From assembly GCA_020629375.1 (NCBI GenBank), contig JAHDDK010000005.1:23910-87909 (forward strand): a stretch of 64,000 nucleotides of DNA, in the 5' to 3' direction. The DNA comes from Acidimicrobiales bacterium. GTDB lineage: Bacteria; Actinomycetota; Acidimicrobiia; Acidimicrobiales; SHLQ01. Positions 1 through 9,750 of the stretch are shown one piece after another. Each line of letters opens with the position of its first letter. Position 1 is the stretch's first letter. The translations under genes and the position numbers were made by a program. The notes beneath the pieces are model-generated. The model worked only from the letters and a program-made list of their open reading frames with translations, did not search any database and was not told the DNA's origin.

Positions 1-205
1 CACTGCCGGTCTGCGCGTCAACCTCGATCATCTGCACGGCACTCCGGTCGGGAGCGAGGTCGAGGCGACCGCACGAATCACTCGTATCGAGGGGCGCCGT
101 ATCATCTTCGACGTCGAGGCGACGAGCGACGGTCGACTCGTCGGTCATGGACGAGTCATTCGTGTGCAGATCGACCGAGATTCGTTCCTCGACCGAATCG
201 AATGA
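1..205 (+). CDS. Hotdog-fold thioesterase (FlK/fluoroacetyl-CoA thioesterase-like), 5'-truncated by window edge
   Basis: Frame 2 reads TAGLRVNLDHLHGTPVGSEVEATARITRIEGRRIIFDVEA...GHGRVIRVQIDRDSF, matching the C-terminal half of FlK-type thioesterases; TGA at 203-205. Confidence 0.75.
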   Translation, partial: TAGLRVNLDHLHGTPVGSEVEATARITRIEGRRIIFDVEATSDGRLVGHGRVIRVQIDRDSFLDRIE

Positions 206-220
206 GCCAGACGAGACGCG

Positions 221-985
221 TCAATCGATTGTGAAGAACTGCCGGAGCAGGGCTTCGACCCCGAGTCCGAGCAACGTCCACGATTCGCCATTGCGATCCA
301 CCTCGGTCAGGTGCTTCGAGGCGCCCGACAGGCGGTTTCGAGCAACCAGTCCTTCAGCGAGTGCACCCGCGCCGATCGCCACCAGGTCCCAGGCGCGCTC
401 GCCGTACTCCGGCCGAGGTTCGAATCCGGCGAGCTCGCTGAGCGGCCGGTAGATCGATTCGATACTCGTCGCCCGCAACTCGACTTCGGTCGCAGACAAC
501 CACTCGGCGAGCTCGGCATCATGATTCGACTCGGTCTGCGAGCCAACCAGTGCCTGCAGCGCCATAACCAGCCGCCAGACCTGGGACTCAACTCCGATGG
601 CGAAGTTTGCCTCGCACGCGACGCGCACGACCGCACGGAGATTCTCGACCGGCGTCGCACCAGGGACCAGAGCGTCGAGTACTGCCTCTCCGGTCGATGC
701 CGTCGATTGAACGTCCGAGAGCCGCTCCCGAATGGCCCGCCGCAGGACTTCACGTTGATACTCCTGCTGCGGGGTCCGTCCAACCGTGGATGGCCACGCC
801 GCATAGGCGCTCGATCGCGGAAGATCGGATTCGACGTGCGCCCGTTCGAGGGTGACGGCGTCGAGGCCGATCGACAGTCCGTGATCTCGCAGCGCGGCGA
901 GACCATGCTCGATCAGTACCTCACGGGTTTCCTGCGCCGAACGACGCGGGCGTTTCGACGGCTGGCGTTTCGGTGCGTTGCTCAT
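221..985 (-). CDS. TetR-like transcriptional regulator (divergent)
   Basis: N-terminal RRSAQETREVLIEHGLAAL...VTLERAHVESDLPRSSAYAAW resembles a TetR HTH; helical C-terminal domain. Confidence 0.6.
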   Translation of the reverse strand: MSNAPKRQPSKRPRRSAQETREVLIEHGLAALRDHGLSIGLDAVTLERAHVESDLPRSSAYAAWPSTVGRTPQQEYQREVLRRAIRERLSDVQSTASTGEAVLDALVPGATPVENLRAVVRVACEANFAIGVESQVWRLVMALQALVGSQTESNHDAELAEWLSATEVELRATSIESIYRPLSELAGFEPRPEYGERAWDLVAIGAGALAEGLVARNRLSGASKHLTEVDRNGESWTLLGLGVEALLRQFFTID

Positions 986-1202
986 GGCTCGTCACTCGCA
1001 TTGCTCACGGCTCGTACTCCTCGCCGCCTCTCGATTCGCCAGACGCGAGACTATCGGAGTGTCGATTCCGGCTCATCGTCATCGATCGTCGGCCTGCGAA
1101 ACAGCAGAGTTGAACGTGGGAATCGACCGCAGGAACTGAACACCGTGCAGGCCGCCGTCCGAGCGTACTCATCGGTCACGACGCGGTTACCCTTGAGTCA
1201 GC

Positions 1203-3041
1203 ATGATTCTGTCGTCCATCGAGGGTCCGGCGGATCTGCGACGGCTGAATTACGAAGAGCTCGACGCCCTGGCCGCCGAGATCCGAGAGCTGATCGTCGA
1301 TTCCGTATCGAAGTCCGGTGGCCATCTGGGTTCGAACCTCGGGGCCGTCGAACTCACGGTCGCGCTTCACCGGGTTTTCGAATCCCCCAACGACATCGTC
1401 CTGTGGGACACCGGGCATCAGACCTATGTCCACAAGATGCTCACCGGTCGAGCGACGGGGTTCGAGAACCTACGCAGCTCGGACGGCATCTCCGGCTATC
1501 CGTCGAGAGAAGAGAGCGCCCACGACTGGATCGAGAACAGCCACGCCTCGACCGTGCTCAGCTACGCGCACGGCCTCGCCACCGCCGAAGCATCGTCGGT
1601 GGGATCCGACAGGGCGATCGTCGCGGTGATCGGCGACGGAGCCTTGACGGGCGGCATGGCCTTCGAGGGGCTCAACAACCTCGGTCACTCCAACAGCAAC
1701 GTCACCGTGATTCTCAACGACAACGGCCGGTCGTATGCCCCGACCGTATCGAAGCTCACCGAGTCACTCGTCAAGATCCGCGCCAACCCGGTCTACATGC
1801 GCCGCCAAGCACGCATGGAGAAGCTCGCCGAGACGATTCCGTGGGTCGGCGACCACGTCGAACGAGGCATTCACGCAACCAAGGCCGCGATTCGCCACAT
1901 GTGGGAGCCGCCCGCGTTCTTCGAGAACCTCGGCGTGCACTACCTCGGCCCGTTCGATGGCCATGACATCGAGAGTCTCGAGGAGGCCCTCGAGAACGCA
2001 AAGACGTTCCACGGCCCAGTCGTTGTGCACGTGCTCACCCAGAAGGGTCGCGGGTACGCCCCCGCCGAGAACGACCAGATCAAGAACATGCATGACATGG
2101 GCGGCGTCAAGGCCGGGTCGTATACGCAGGCCTTCACCGAGTCGCTAATCAAACTCGCCGAAGAGCACAAGAACCTCGTGGCGATCACCGCAGCGATGCC
2201 AGACTCGACGGGACTGCTGCCGTTTCGCGAGCGTTTCCCCGAGCGCATGATCGATGTGGGCATCGCCGAGCAACACGCCGTCACCTCGGCAGCCGGCATG
2301 GCAATGGGTGGGCTGCGCCCCGTGATCGCCGTCTACTCGACGTTCATGACACGGGCCTTCGACCAGGTCAACCTCGACGTCGGGCTGCATCGACAACCCG
2401 TCGTGTTCTGCCTGGACCGCGCCGGTGTCACGGGTGACGACGGGGCATCGCATCACGGCCTGCTCGACATGGTGCTCTTCTCGAAGGTGCCCGGAATGAC
2501 CGTTTTCGCCCCATCGAGTTACCAAGAGCTGCAAGTGCAGCTCACGGACGCGATCGAGCTCTGCACCGACGGTCCCGCGATGATCCGCTGGTCGAAGCAG
2601 GCCGCTCCGTCGGTCGGCGAAGCCGAAGTCGGCTCCGGGCTCCGGGCCCGAAAGGCACGCTCCGGGACCGACGTGTGTTTGATCGGTGTCGGCAAGATGT
2701 TCGAAGACGCCGTGGCCGCTGCGGACCTCTTGGCCGACGCTGGCATCCAGGCCACCGTGTGGGACCCCCGAGTCATTACCCCGGCCGACCCCGAGATGAT
2801 CGCCGATGCGGCCGAGCATCGACTCGTCATCACCGTCGAGGACGGGCTGCGCGATGGCGGCGCCGGTGACGGCTTCCGCGATCGGATCGAGGGGCTCGTC
2901 GCCGAGGCGCCACGAATCATTGTGCTCGGTATGCCCCTCGCCTACGTGCCGCACGACAAACCCGCGGTGATCTTGTCGCGCTACGGTCTCGACGCAGCCG
3001 GCATCGCGAAGACGGTCCGCGAGGCCATCGCAGCGGTCTGA
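1203..3041 (+). CDS. dxs: 1-deoxy-D-xylulose-5-phosphate synthase
   Basis: GGHLGSNLGAVELT, WDTGHQTY, TPP motif GDGALTGGMAFEGLNN, DVGIAEQHAV, DRAGVTGDDGASHHG. Confidence 0.97.
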   Translation: MILSSIEGPADLRRLNYEELDALAAEIRELIVDSVSKSGGHLGSNLGAVELTVALHRVFESPNDIVLWDTGHQTYVHKMLTGRATGFENLRSSDGISGYPSREESAHDWIENSHASTVLSYAHGLATAEASSVGSDRAIVAVIGDGALTGGMAFEGLNNLGHSNSNVTVILNDNGRSYAPTVSKLTESLVKIRANPVYMRRQARMEKLAETIPWVGDHVERGIHATKAAIRHMWEPPAFFENLGVHYLGPFDGHDIESLEEALENAKTFHGPVVVHVLTQKGRGYAPAENDQIKNMHDMGGVKAGSYTQAFTESLIKLAEEHKNLVAITAAMPDSTGLLPFRERFPERMIDVGIAEQHAVTSAAGMAMGGLRPVIAVYSTFMTRAFDQVNLDVGLHRQPVVFCLDRAGVTGDDGASHHGLLDMVLFSKVPGMTVFAPSSYQELQVQLTDAIELCTDGPAMIRWSKQAAPSVGEAEVGSGLRARKARSGTDVCLIGVGKMFEDAVAAADLLADAGIQATVWDPRVITPADPEMIADAAEHRLVITVEDGLRDGGAGDGFRDRIEGLVAEAPRIIVLGMPLAYVPHDKPAVILSRYGLDAAGIAKTVREAIAAV

Positions 3042-3048
3042 CGTCAGC

Positions 3049-3723
3049 ATGATCCCCAACGTCGTTCTCACGGGATTCATGGGAACGGGCAAATCCACCG
3101 TCGGACGTCAGCTCGCGCAGGCGCTCGGCACCTCTTTCGTCGACACCGATTCGCTGATCGAGTCTCGCCACGGACCCATTCCCGCAATCTTCGAACGGTC
3201 CGGCGAATCCGAGTTCCGCGAGCTCGAGCGCCAAATCATCGCCGAGATCGTGCACACGGGCCCCGTCGTGCTCGCCACTGGGGGCGGCGTCATGCTCGAC
3301 GAGCGAAACGCCGCAGCGCTCGAAGCATGGGGAACGGTGTACACACTGATCGCTTCGCCCGACGAGATCATCCGGCGAGTGACGGCAGACGGCGTCGCCG
3401 ACCGCCCGTTGCTACAGGGCGACGATCCTGCGGGTGCAGTGACCGAGCTGCTCGCTGAACGGCGAGGGGTGTACGGCCGGTACAGCCCGGTCCGAACCGA
3501 TGGCCGCGATCCCGTGGCGATCGCACAAGAGATCGCAAACGATCTGGAGAACCGGGGGGCATTCGTCAATCCGCACGTCGCGCCCTCGACGTCGAGAAAC
3601 GCTTTGCGGACCGCAGCTCGCGGTGTCGGCGGCTGCCTGCTCGCCGGCGTCGTCGGACTCGTGGCCCTCTTCGTCCTACTCATGGTCGCCCGGGTCTTCC
3701 TCGGTTTCCTCCTCCAGTTCTGA
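3049..3723 (+). CDS. aroK: Shikimate kinase with C-terminal hydrophobic extension
   Basis: LTGFMGTGKSTVG Walker A, FVDTD, GESEFRELE, ATGGG, RPLL; ~50 extra C-terminal residues with a TM-like segment. Confidence 0.85.
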   Translation: MIPNVVLTGFMGTGKSTVGRQLAQALGTSFVDTDSLIESRHGPIPAIFERSGESEFRELERQIIAEIVHTGPVVLATGGGVMLDERNAAALEAWGTVYTLIASPDEIIRRVTADGVADRPLLQGDDPAGAVTELLAERRGVYGRYSPVRTDGRDPVAIAQEIANDLENRGAFVNPHVAPSTSRNALRTAARGVGGCLLAGVVGLVALFVLLMVARVFLGFLLQF

Positions 3724-3727
3724 GCGC

Positions 3728-4657
3728 ATGAACGACGACGTTCGCTGGCAGATGGCATTCGGCGCCATCGCCGGTTCGCTCCTCGCCGACGCCACGGCCG
3801 ACTCGAGCGGTATCCGAACATGGTCGGCGCGAGGCCAAACGTCAGTCGCACTAGCCGAGTCGCTCCTCGCCGGCGAACCGACGCCGATCGACCTCCCGGT
3901 CAACGTGGCGATTCCGACAGCCATCGGGCTCGCCAGCTCGGGGTGCCCGCTTCTCGCCGATCCGGCGACGACCGCGACGATCGACCTCGTCGCTGACGTG
4001 CTCCGCGGAAACCGAGAGGACGTCCGCATCGACCAACTCGCTCCCATCGATCCATCGGTTGAGGCAGGTCTCCAAGGACTCGCCGGCGGCGCAGGCTCGT
4101 TGTCTGCTCGTGCGGTGTCCTCGCTTGTCTGCCCCGAAGGACGACGTCGACGTCGATACCTGAGTGGACTCGCCCATCGTCTGCTCGGGACGACACGGCC
4201 GGACTGGTATGACCCGAAGCGACGTCGTGGCCCGAAGGAGGTGCTCGACGGCCTCTGGTTGTCGAACATTCACGGCATCGCTCGCTTTGTCGACGACCAC
4301 CCGAACGGACTTGTCCTTTCGCTGTGTGACCTCGAGGGCCGTCTCGACGATCATCGGTCCCAGATCACGTTTCACCTCGACGACACACCGAAGCCAGATC
4401 CCAACCCGCACCTGCCTGACGTCGTCGACGAAGTCCTCACGGAGATCCGGACAGCACGGGCGGCCAAGCAGCCGGTTCTCGTGCATTGCCGTCATGGCGC
4501 GTCACGAACCGGGCTCGTGCTGCGGGCACTCCTCATCGAGGATCATGGCTTGGATGCCGAGCAGGCCGTCATGGAAGCACAGTGCATCTGGCCCGCTACG
4601 AGTACGTGGAACACCGCATGGGCTCACGAACTCGACCGTCGCGCGACGCTCGGCTGA
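3728..4657 (+). CDS. Dual-specificity/tyrosine phosphatase-domain protein with degenerate ADP-ribosylglycohydrolase-like N-terminus
   Basis: ATG at 3728 just after the aroK stop; CX5R loop VLVHCRHGASRTG; N-terminal GAIAGSLLADA...WSARGQTSVALAESL. Confidence 0.7.
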   Translation: MNDDVRWQMAFGAIAGSLLADATADSSGIRTWSARGQTSVALAESLLAGEPTPIDLPVNVAIPTAIGLASSGCPLLADPATTATIDLVADVLRGNREDVRIDQLAPIDPSVEAGLQGLAGGAGSLSARAVSSLVCPEGRRRRRYLSGLAHRLLGTTRPDWYDPKRRRGPKEVLDGLWLSNIHGIARFVDDHPNGLVLSLCDLEGRLDDHRSQITFHLDDTPKPDPNPHLPDVVDEVLTEIRTARAAKQPVLVHCRHGASRTGLVLRALLIEDHGLDAEQAVMEAQCIWPATSTWNTAWAHELDRRATLG

Positions 4658-4680
4658 GCCTTCGGGCCGACACTCGCCGA

Positions 4681-5709
4681 TCAGGACCGGACGATGCCGT
4701 CGACGAGACGAACGAGATCGGCGTCTCCGGACACGACGAGCGTCGTCACACAGGTTTCGCTCCATCGCCCGTGGAGCTCGTCAGCGATCTTGGGCGCCGG
4801 ACCCACAAGTGCGACGTCCTCCACCATCTCCGTCGGAACGGCGGCGATGGCGTCGCCTTTGTGACCCCCGAGATAGAGGTCCTGGATGGCGTGGCACTCC
4901 GCTTCCCAGCCCTGCCGCGCAAAGACGTCGAAATGGAAGTTTGCGCCTTTCGCTCCCATGCCACCGATGTAGAGCGCCAGCATCGGTCGGACGAAATCAG
5001 CGGCGACCTCGATGTCGTCGTGCGGAACCACCGGCACGGTCGCTGCGATGTCGAACGTCTCGAAGCTGTGACGGCCACTGGTCTCGAATCCGGCGCTCAG
5101 CGCTGTTCGGTAGAAGTCATCGGCCTTCGGACCGAAGAACAACGGCAGCCAGCCGTCGCAGATCTCCGCAGCGAGTGCGACGTTCTTCGGCCCTTCGGCG
5201 GCGAGGTAGATCGGCAGGTCCGTGCGGAGCGGGTGAATTGTCGGCTTCAGCGCCTTGCCCAATCCGGCACCGCCGTCGTGGGGCAGCTGATAGTGACGGC
5301 CGTCGATCTCGACCGGCGCTTCTCTCGCGAGCACTTGCCGGATGACGTCGACATACTCTCGCGTGCGTTCGAGCGGCCGTGGGTACGGCTGGCCGTACCA
5401 GCCTTCGACCACCTGCGGGCCGGATGCACCGATTCCGAGCCGGAAGCGTCCACCAGAGAGGTGGTCCATCGTCATCGCCGCCATGGCTGCGGCCGTCGGG
5501 GTCCGAGCGGACATCTGCATGATGGCCGTGCCGAGGTGAACGTTCGTGGTCGTCGCACCCCACCACGCCAGCGGCGACAACGCATCCGATCCGTAGGCCT
5601 CTGCTGTCCAGATCGAGTCCCATTCGAGTGCGTCTGCGGCGGCGACCGCGTCGGCCGCTGCCGGTGGAGGGCCGGCGCCCCAATATCCGACGTTCAATCC
5701 GAGTCTCAT
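4681..5709 (-). CDS. LLM-class F420-dependent oxidoreductase
   Basis: WTAEAYGSDA, LGTAIMQMSARTP, DHLSGGRFRLGIGASGPQVVEGWYG, AAEGPKNVALAAEICDGW. Confidence 0.93.
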   Translation of the reverse strand: MRLGLNVGYWGAGPPPAAADAVAAADALEWDSIWTAEAYGSDALSPLAWWGATTTNVHLGTAIMQMSARTPTAAAMAAMTMDHLSGGRFRLGIGASGPQVVEGWYGQPYPRPLERTREYVDVIRQVLAREAPVEIDGRHYQLPHDGGAGLGKALKPTIHPLRTDLPIYLAAEGPKNVALAAEICDGWLPLFFGPKADDFYRTALSAGFETSGRHSFETFDIAATVPVVPHDDIEVAADFVRPMLALYIGGMGAKGANFHFDVFARQGWEAECHAIQDLYLGGHKGDAIAAVPTEMVEDVALVGPAPKIADELHGRWSETCVTTLVVSGDADLVRLVDGIVRS

Positions 5710-5727
5710 AGGTGGCAGCCTGTCAGA

Positions 5728-8097
5728 TCATCCGGTTGGCGCACGGAGTCGAGCGACGATCGGACCCGTGTCGTCGAATCCCCGTACGAGGGCTGCGGTC
5801 TCGTCGACGGCCAATACCTGTTCGACAGTCCAGTCTGCGGTCGGGAAGCGGTGCCACTCGTCGCCGTCGCCGACCCACAGGTCCGTGTCGGTTTCGAACA
5901 CGGCGACGTCTGCGGCCGGTGAGAGGGCGACGAACCGCCCGTTGAGCACTCGCTCGGGTGCGTCGATGTCGGGTCCCCATCGCAGTCGATTGTCGGCCGA
6001 CACGACGACGCCCTCGTCGCCGAGGAACCGGACGGCCGACGGGCTCGACTGGACGCTGCCGCCGCGTGGCGGCGGATCGAGCAACGCCACCGACTGCCAG
6101 CCCTGGTCGACCGACCACCGGGACAGCGCCTTGGCTTGGTCAGCCGTGTGCACGGCAAAGACGGTGCCCTCGATCACGGCCAGGTCCTCGATCTCGCAGC
6201 GGTCGGCTTCGAGCGGTCGCGCAACCCGCGAGAAATCCTCATCGACCTGACGAAGACACGGGTCAACCGGAAACTCGACGACGCCGCCGTCGCGGACGAC
6301 AACGCCGATGGTCTGAAGTCGAGAGGCGGCGATCCACAGTGCTTCGGCCACGACGGCGATGTCGTCCCCGTTGACGTCGTGAAGGCGAATCGCGATCTCG
6401 TCCGGCTCGCCGGGCAGAGCAAGTTCGACTCGGCGCCAGTCCAGGGCGTCGGTGGACACGAACAACGCCGATCCGGTGCCATCGATCGTGCCGAGGACCC
6501 ACCACGTCGAACCTGCGACGCCAAAGGAGCGAGGGAAGAAGGCAAAGGGGAGATTCGTGGGTTGGCGCGCGTCGATATCGAGGCCATCAGCGCTCTGGAT
6601 GCGCTGGGTTACGCCGAGGACGTTGACGAGTCCGACGAATCCCGGGGTGCGGTCCCCTCGCGCCGACCACACCTGTTCGGACCACTCTGCCTCGCCGACG
6701 GCACCGCTCCGGATGATCGGATTGGTTGCGGCGATCGTCGCTTCGGGACGCTGTGTCTCGGCGAGTCGCACCCGTCGAAGGACAGGCACGTCGTCGACGC
6801 GTTCGGCCACGAGGATCGCTTCATCGGCGGTCATCGCGACCAAGCGAACGTCTCGGACGGCCAGGCCCGGGTCCACACGATTCCAGATCGACCCGCCCGT
6901 CGAGATGAGCAGTTCGGTCGCGACTCCGTCGGGTCGGGTCGCGACCTGCAGCCATCCGGTCCCGGCCATCGCCACTTGGAGGTCGATGATCCCGAAGTCG
7001 CCGGGGTCGTCGATTCCGTTACCGGTCGAGAAGAGCCCGATGCCTGCGCCGATCTGCCGGAGCTCCCCGTCGGCCACCCGAAACCCGCGTGCGTCATCGA
7101 CCAACACGGCCTGTCCATCGCCCTGCACAACGACCGCAGTCGCGGGGTCGACCGGAGCGGGGATGAGCAACGAGGCGTCTTCATCGATCTGCGGATTCTC
7201 GACGGTCGTCCACGCGTCTCGTGGCGTCCACTTCGCGATCCGCCGGGTGCCGCTGGAGGCACCTGTCGAACCCGTGATTTCATCACGCTGAATGACGGCG
7301 AGTAGCCCGTCGGGTTCGAGCGCCCATGACACGACGAATTCGGTCGGAGCCACCGAAATCTCGGTGGTAGCCCCGGTTTCGATGTTTCCCGCCAAGAACC
7401 GGGTCCGCATTTGCGTCACGGCAGAGTCGGCCACCTCGATTCGATCGATCAGGGCAACCCACTGATCGCCCATGAAGCCGCCGATGCGAGGAAACCCGGT
7501 CACGACGGTCCGGGTCAACTCCACCCATTCGCCGTCCGCGATCGCCTCGAACGTGATGATCTCGCTGTCCCCACCGGACGGGATGGATCGGCTGGCGATG
7601 GCGACCAGACGGCCGTCGACCCGTCCGACGCCCAGTGGGCGGAGGTTCTCGGGAATGGTCACCGAGCCGGGAGAACTCCATACGCCGGTCGACTGCCCCG
7701 AGATGAACACCGGGTTCGCCCCGACTCGGCCTTCCTCGAGCACCTGCCGTCCGATCCCGATCCACCCATCGTTGACCGCGACGAGCTGTCGAGGAACCAC
7801 CGTCACGTCTGCCCAGAGCGGCGTGGGCTGTGCGGCAGCGTCCGACCCCGGCAGTGGCTGCGGGTCGACAATCGGTGCCCGTTCGAGGTCGCTGGCCGGG
7901 GGAGGTGCAACACGATCGACGTCACGAAGAGCAAACAAGAGTGCGACCCCGACACCGATGAGCGCGATGAACGACAGCACCGACACCGCTCCCCGACGAC
8001 TCGAGGTCGGTACCTCCACCCATTCTTCGACGGGTCGATCCGGATCGTCGAGCTCGATCCGAACCGACGACGGATTCTCGTGGTCGAGTGGATTCAT
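5728..8097 (-). CDS. Membrane-anchored extracellular protein with Asp-box/BNR-like repeats (probable beta-propeller)
   Basis: 789 aa, single N-terminal TM (VLSFIALIGVGVALLFAL), repeats ISTGGSIW, QSADGLD, FVSTDALDW; ATGA overlap with upstream gene. Confidence 0.6.
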   Translation of the reverse strand: MNPLDHENPSSVRIELDDPDRPVEEWVEVPTSSRRGAVSVLSFIALIGVGVALLFALRDVDRVAPPPASDLERAPIVDPQPLPGSDAAAQPTPLWADVTVVPRQLVAVNDGWIGIGRQVLEEGRVGANPVFISGQSTGVWSSPGSVTIPENLRPLGVGRVDGRLVAIASRSIPSGGDSEIITFEAIADGEWVELTRTVVTGFPRIGGFMGDQWVALIDRIEVADSAVTQMRTRFLAGNIETGATTEISVAPTEFVVSWALEPDGLLAVIQRDEITGSTGASSGTRRIAKWTPRDAWTTVENPQIDEDASLLIPAPVDPATAVVVQGDGQAVLVDDARGFRVADGELRQIGAGIGLFSTGNGIDDPGDFGIIDLQVAMAGTGWLQVATRPDGVATELLISTGGSIWNRVDPGLAVRDVRLVAMTADEAILVAERVDDVPVLRRVRLAETQRPEATIAATNPIIRSGAVGEAEWSEQVWSARGDRTPGFVGLVNVLGVTQRIQSADGLDIDARQPTNLPFAFFPRSFGVAGSTWWVLGTIDGTGSALFVSTDALDWRRVELALPGEPDEIAIRLHDVNGDDIAVVAEALWIAASRLQTIGVVVRDGGVVEFPVDPCLRQVDEDFSRVARPLEADRCEIEDLAVIEGTVFAVHTADQAKALSRWSVDQGWQSVALLDPPPRGGSVQSSPSAVRFLGDEGVVVSADNRLRWGPDIDAPERVLNGRFVALSPAADVAVFETDTDLWVGDGDEWHRFPTADWTVEQVLAVDETAALVRGFDDTGPIVARLRAPTG

Positions 8098-9698
8098 GGT
8101 GAGAGATCGAACCGAGTGATCGTCGACTCGAAGTCGTTCTGAATCCAGATGGAGGTCCCCATCGCCATCAACAAGCGGGGGTTGCCAATGGCGTAGTCCG
8201 GATCGACTTCGAGCCAGGGACCGTCATCGATTGCGAGCCACAGGGCCTCGCCAACGCCGGTCAGCCCCGAAACACCGACGGCGTGGGCACGACCGTCGTC
8301 GGAGATCGACCATGTGAGTGCGCGCGACGTGGCGGCAAGAGCCGACGCCGACCACTCGGCGGGTGGTTCGCGGACGATGTCGACAGCGCCGGTGGCGAGG
8401 TCGACCGTCGCAGCGCCTTGCGTGGTCGGCACGAGCACGGCGCGCCCGTCGTCGACGACCACCGGCTCCGGTGTCTGCCCGAACCCGAACGCGAGCTCGA
8501 GAGGGACCAGCTGGTACCCATCATCCCGGGTCCACCACACGAGGCCTTCCTCGTCGAATTCGGGGACCGGGGTCGAGTCGTCGCAATCCGGTGCGGCTGG
8601 ACCGAAACCGAACACCTCGGGCGCAGGGTTCGTCGACGCCCACCCACCGGGGATCGCGGCCAACGAGATCGCTCCTCCGAACGGTGCAGTGCTCTCGAGG
8701 ACCGCATCGCCGATTGGCTGATGGCGGACGGTGAGTTCGGGAACCTCGAACTCCCCATTGAGGAGCTGAAAACAACCGACGAGTTCGTCGACGTCGACGT
8801 TGGCGTCCGGACCGATGTTCAATTCGGCGCCCTCGCCGTCGCACGGGATGAAGGTCACGGAGTCGTCGCTGTCCCCCGGCACAGTCCAACCGCAGTAACG
8901 GACGCCCGGCGGCACCTCGGCGAACCGTGCGAGATAATCCGCAGCGACTTCGGTGCCGACGGATCCGGGGCTCTGGAGCGACAGCGCGATCAGCGTGTCA
9001 TCGCGGACTTGGGATGGATAGGGAAATCCGCGGGCCTCGATCGAGTCGAACTCGTCCGCACGGGTCCACGACACCAGATCGGCGCTTCGCCAAACCGTCA
9101 TGGTGAAGTCGTCGGTGTCCTCGAACGATTGGTTGCTCGCCCACAGGTCCTCGCCGTCGATCACCGCGATCCATCCACTGTCGTCTCGGTCGAGACCAAC
9201 GACAGTTCCGGGGAGATTGCCTCGATCGATGGGACTCCATTCGAGTCCGTCGACCGATCGAAAGAGCTGGTCGTCTTCGGCGAAACCGTGAGCTACCCAG
9301 CCGCCGGTCGAGCTCTCGATGACCTCGAACACGAAGATGTCGCCGATATCGGCGGGTTCGGTGGCCGCCGCGAGGAGGTTGTCATCACTGGACGGCTCGG
9401 CGGCTGATTCGTCGACGACGGGTTCGGACGTCGACGGCGGCGGCTCGGTGGTGGAGGTGATCGGGGCACCCGTGGCGTCGGTGCCCGAGTCGGGCTGGAG
9501 TGCAAGCACCGCGCCGGCCATTGCGACCACCCCGACGGCGATGCCGATCAGCCACAGCCTCGGGGCAAACCTCGGATGGTCGGCCGTCGGCACGACGTCC
9601 GCGGGAGTCGTCGGCGATGCACCAGACGACTCGGAGTCGAACTCGATGCGAACAGCGGATCCCTCGCGGTCTGGTGACGTGGCGGGCACGCTCAACAC
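8094..9698 (-). CDS. Membrane-anchored extracellular protein with Asp-box/BNR-like repeats
   Basis: 534 aa, N-terminal TM (LWLIGIAVGVVAMAGAVLAL), P/T/S-rich linker, FRSVDGLEW and WRSADLVSW repeats; start uncertain. Confidence 0.6.
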   Translation of the reverse strand: MLSVPATSPDREGSAVRIEFDSESSGASPTTPADVVPTADHPRFAPRLWLIGIAVGVVAMAGAVLALQPDSGTDATGAPITSTTEPPPSTSEPVVDESAAEPSSDDNLLAAATEPADIGDIFVFEVIESSTGGWVAHGFAEDDQLFRSVDGLEWSPIDRGNLPGTVVGLDRDDSGWIAVIDGEDLWASNQSFEDTDDFTMTVWRSADLVSWTRADEFDSIEARGFPYPSQVRDDTLIALSLQSPGSVGTEVAADYLARFAEVPPGVRYCGWTVPGDSDDSVTFIPCDGEGAELNIGPDANVDVDELVGCFQLLNGEFEVPELTVRHQPIGDAVLESTAPFGGAISLAAIPGGWASTNPAPEVFGFGPAAPDCDDSTPVPEFDEEGLVWWTRDDGYQLVPLELAFGFGQTPEPVVVDDGRAVLVPTTQGAATVDLATGAVDIVREPPAEWSASALAATSRALTWSISDDGRAHAVGVSGLTGVGEALWLAIDDGPWLEVDPDYAIGNPRLLMAMGTSIWIQNDFESTITRFDLSP

Positions 9699-9750
9699 GG
9701 TACGGGTCCGATGACACCCAACGTGGCCGGGGTGCTGCTTTCATGGTGCG

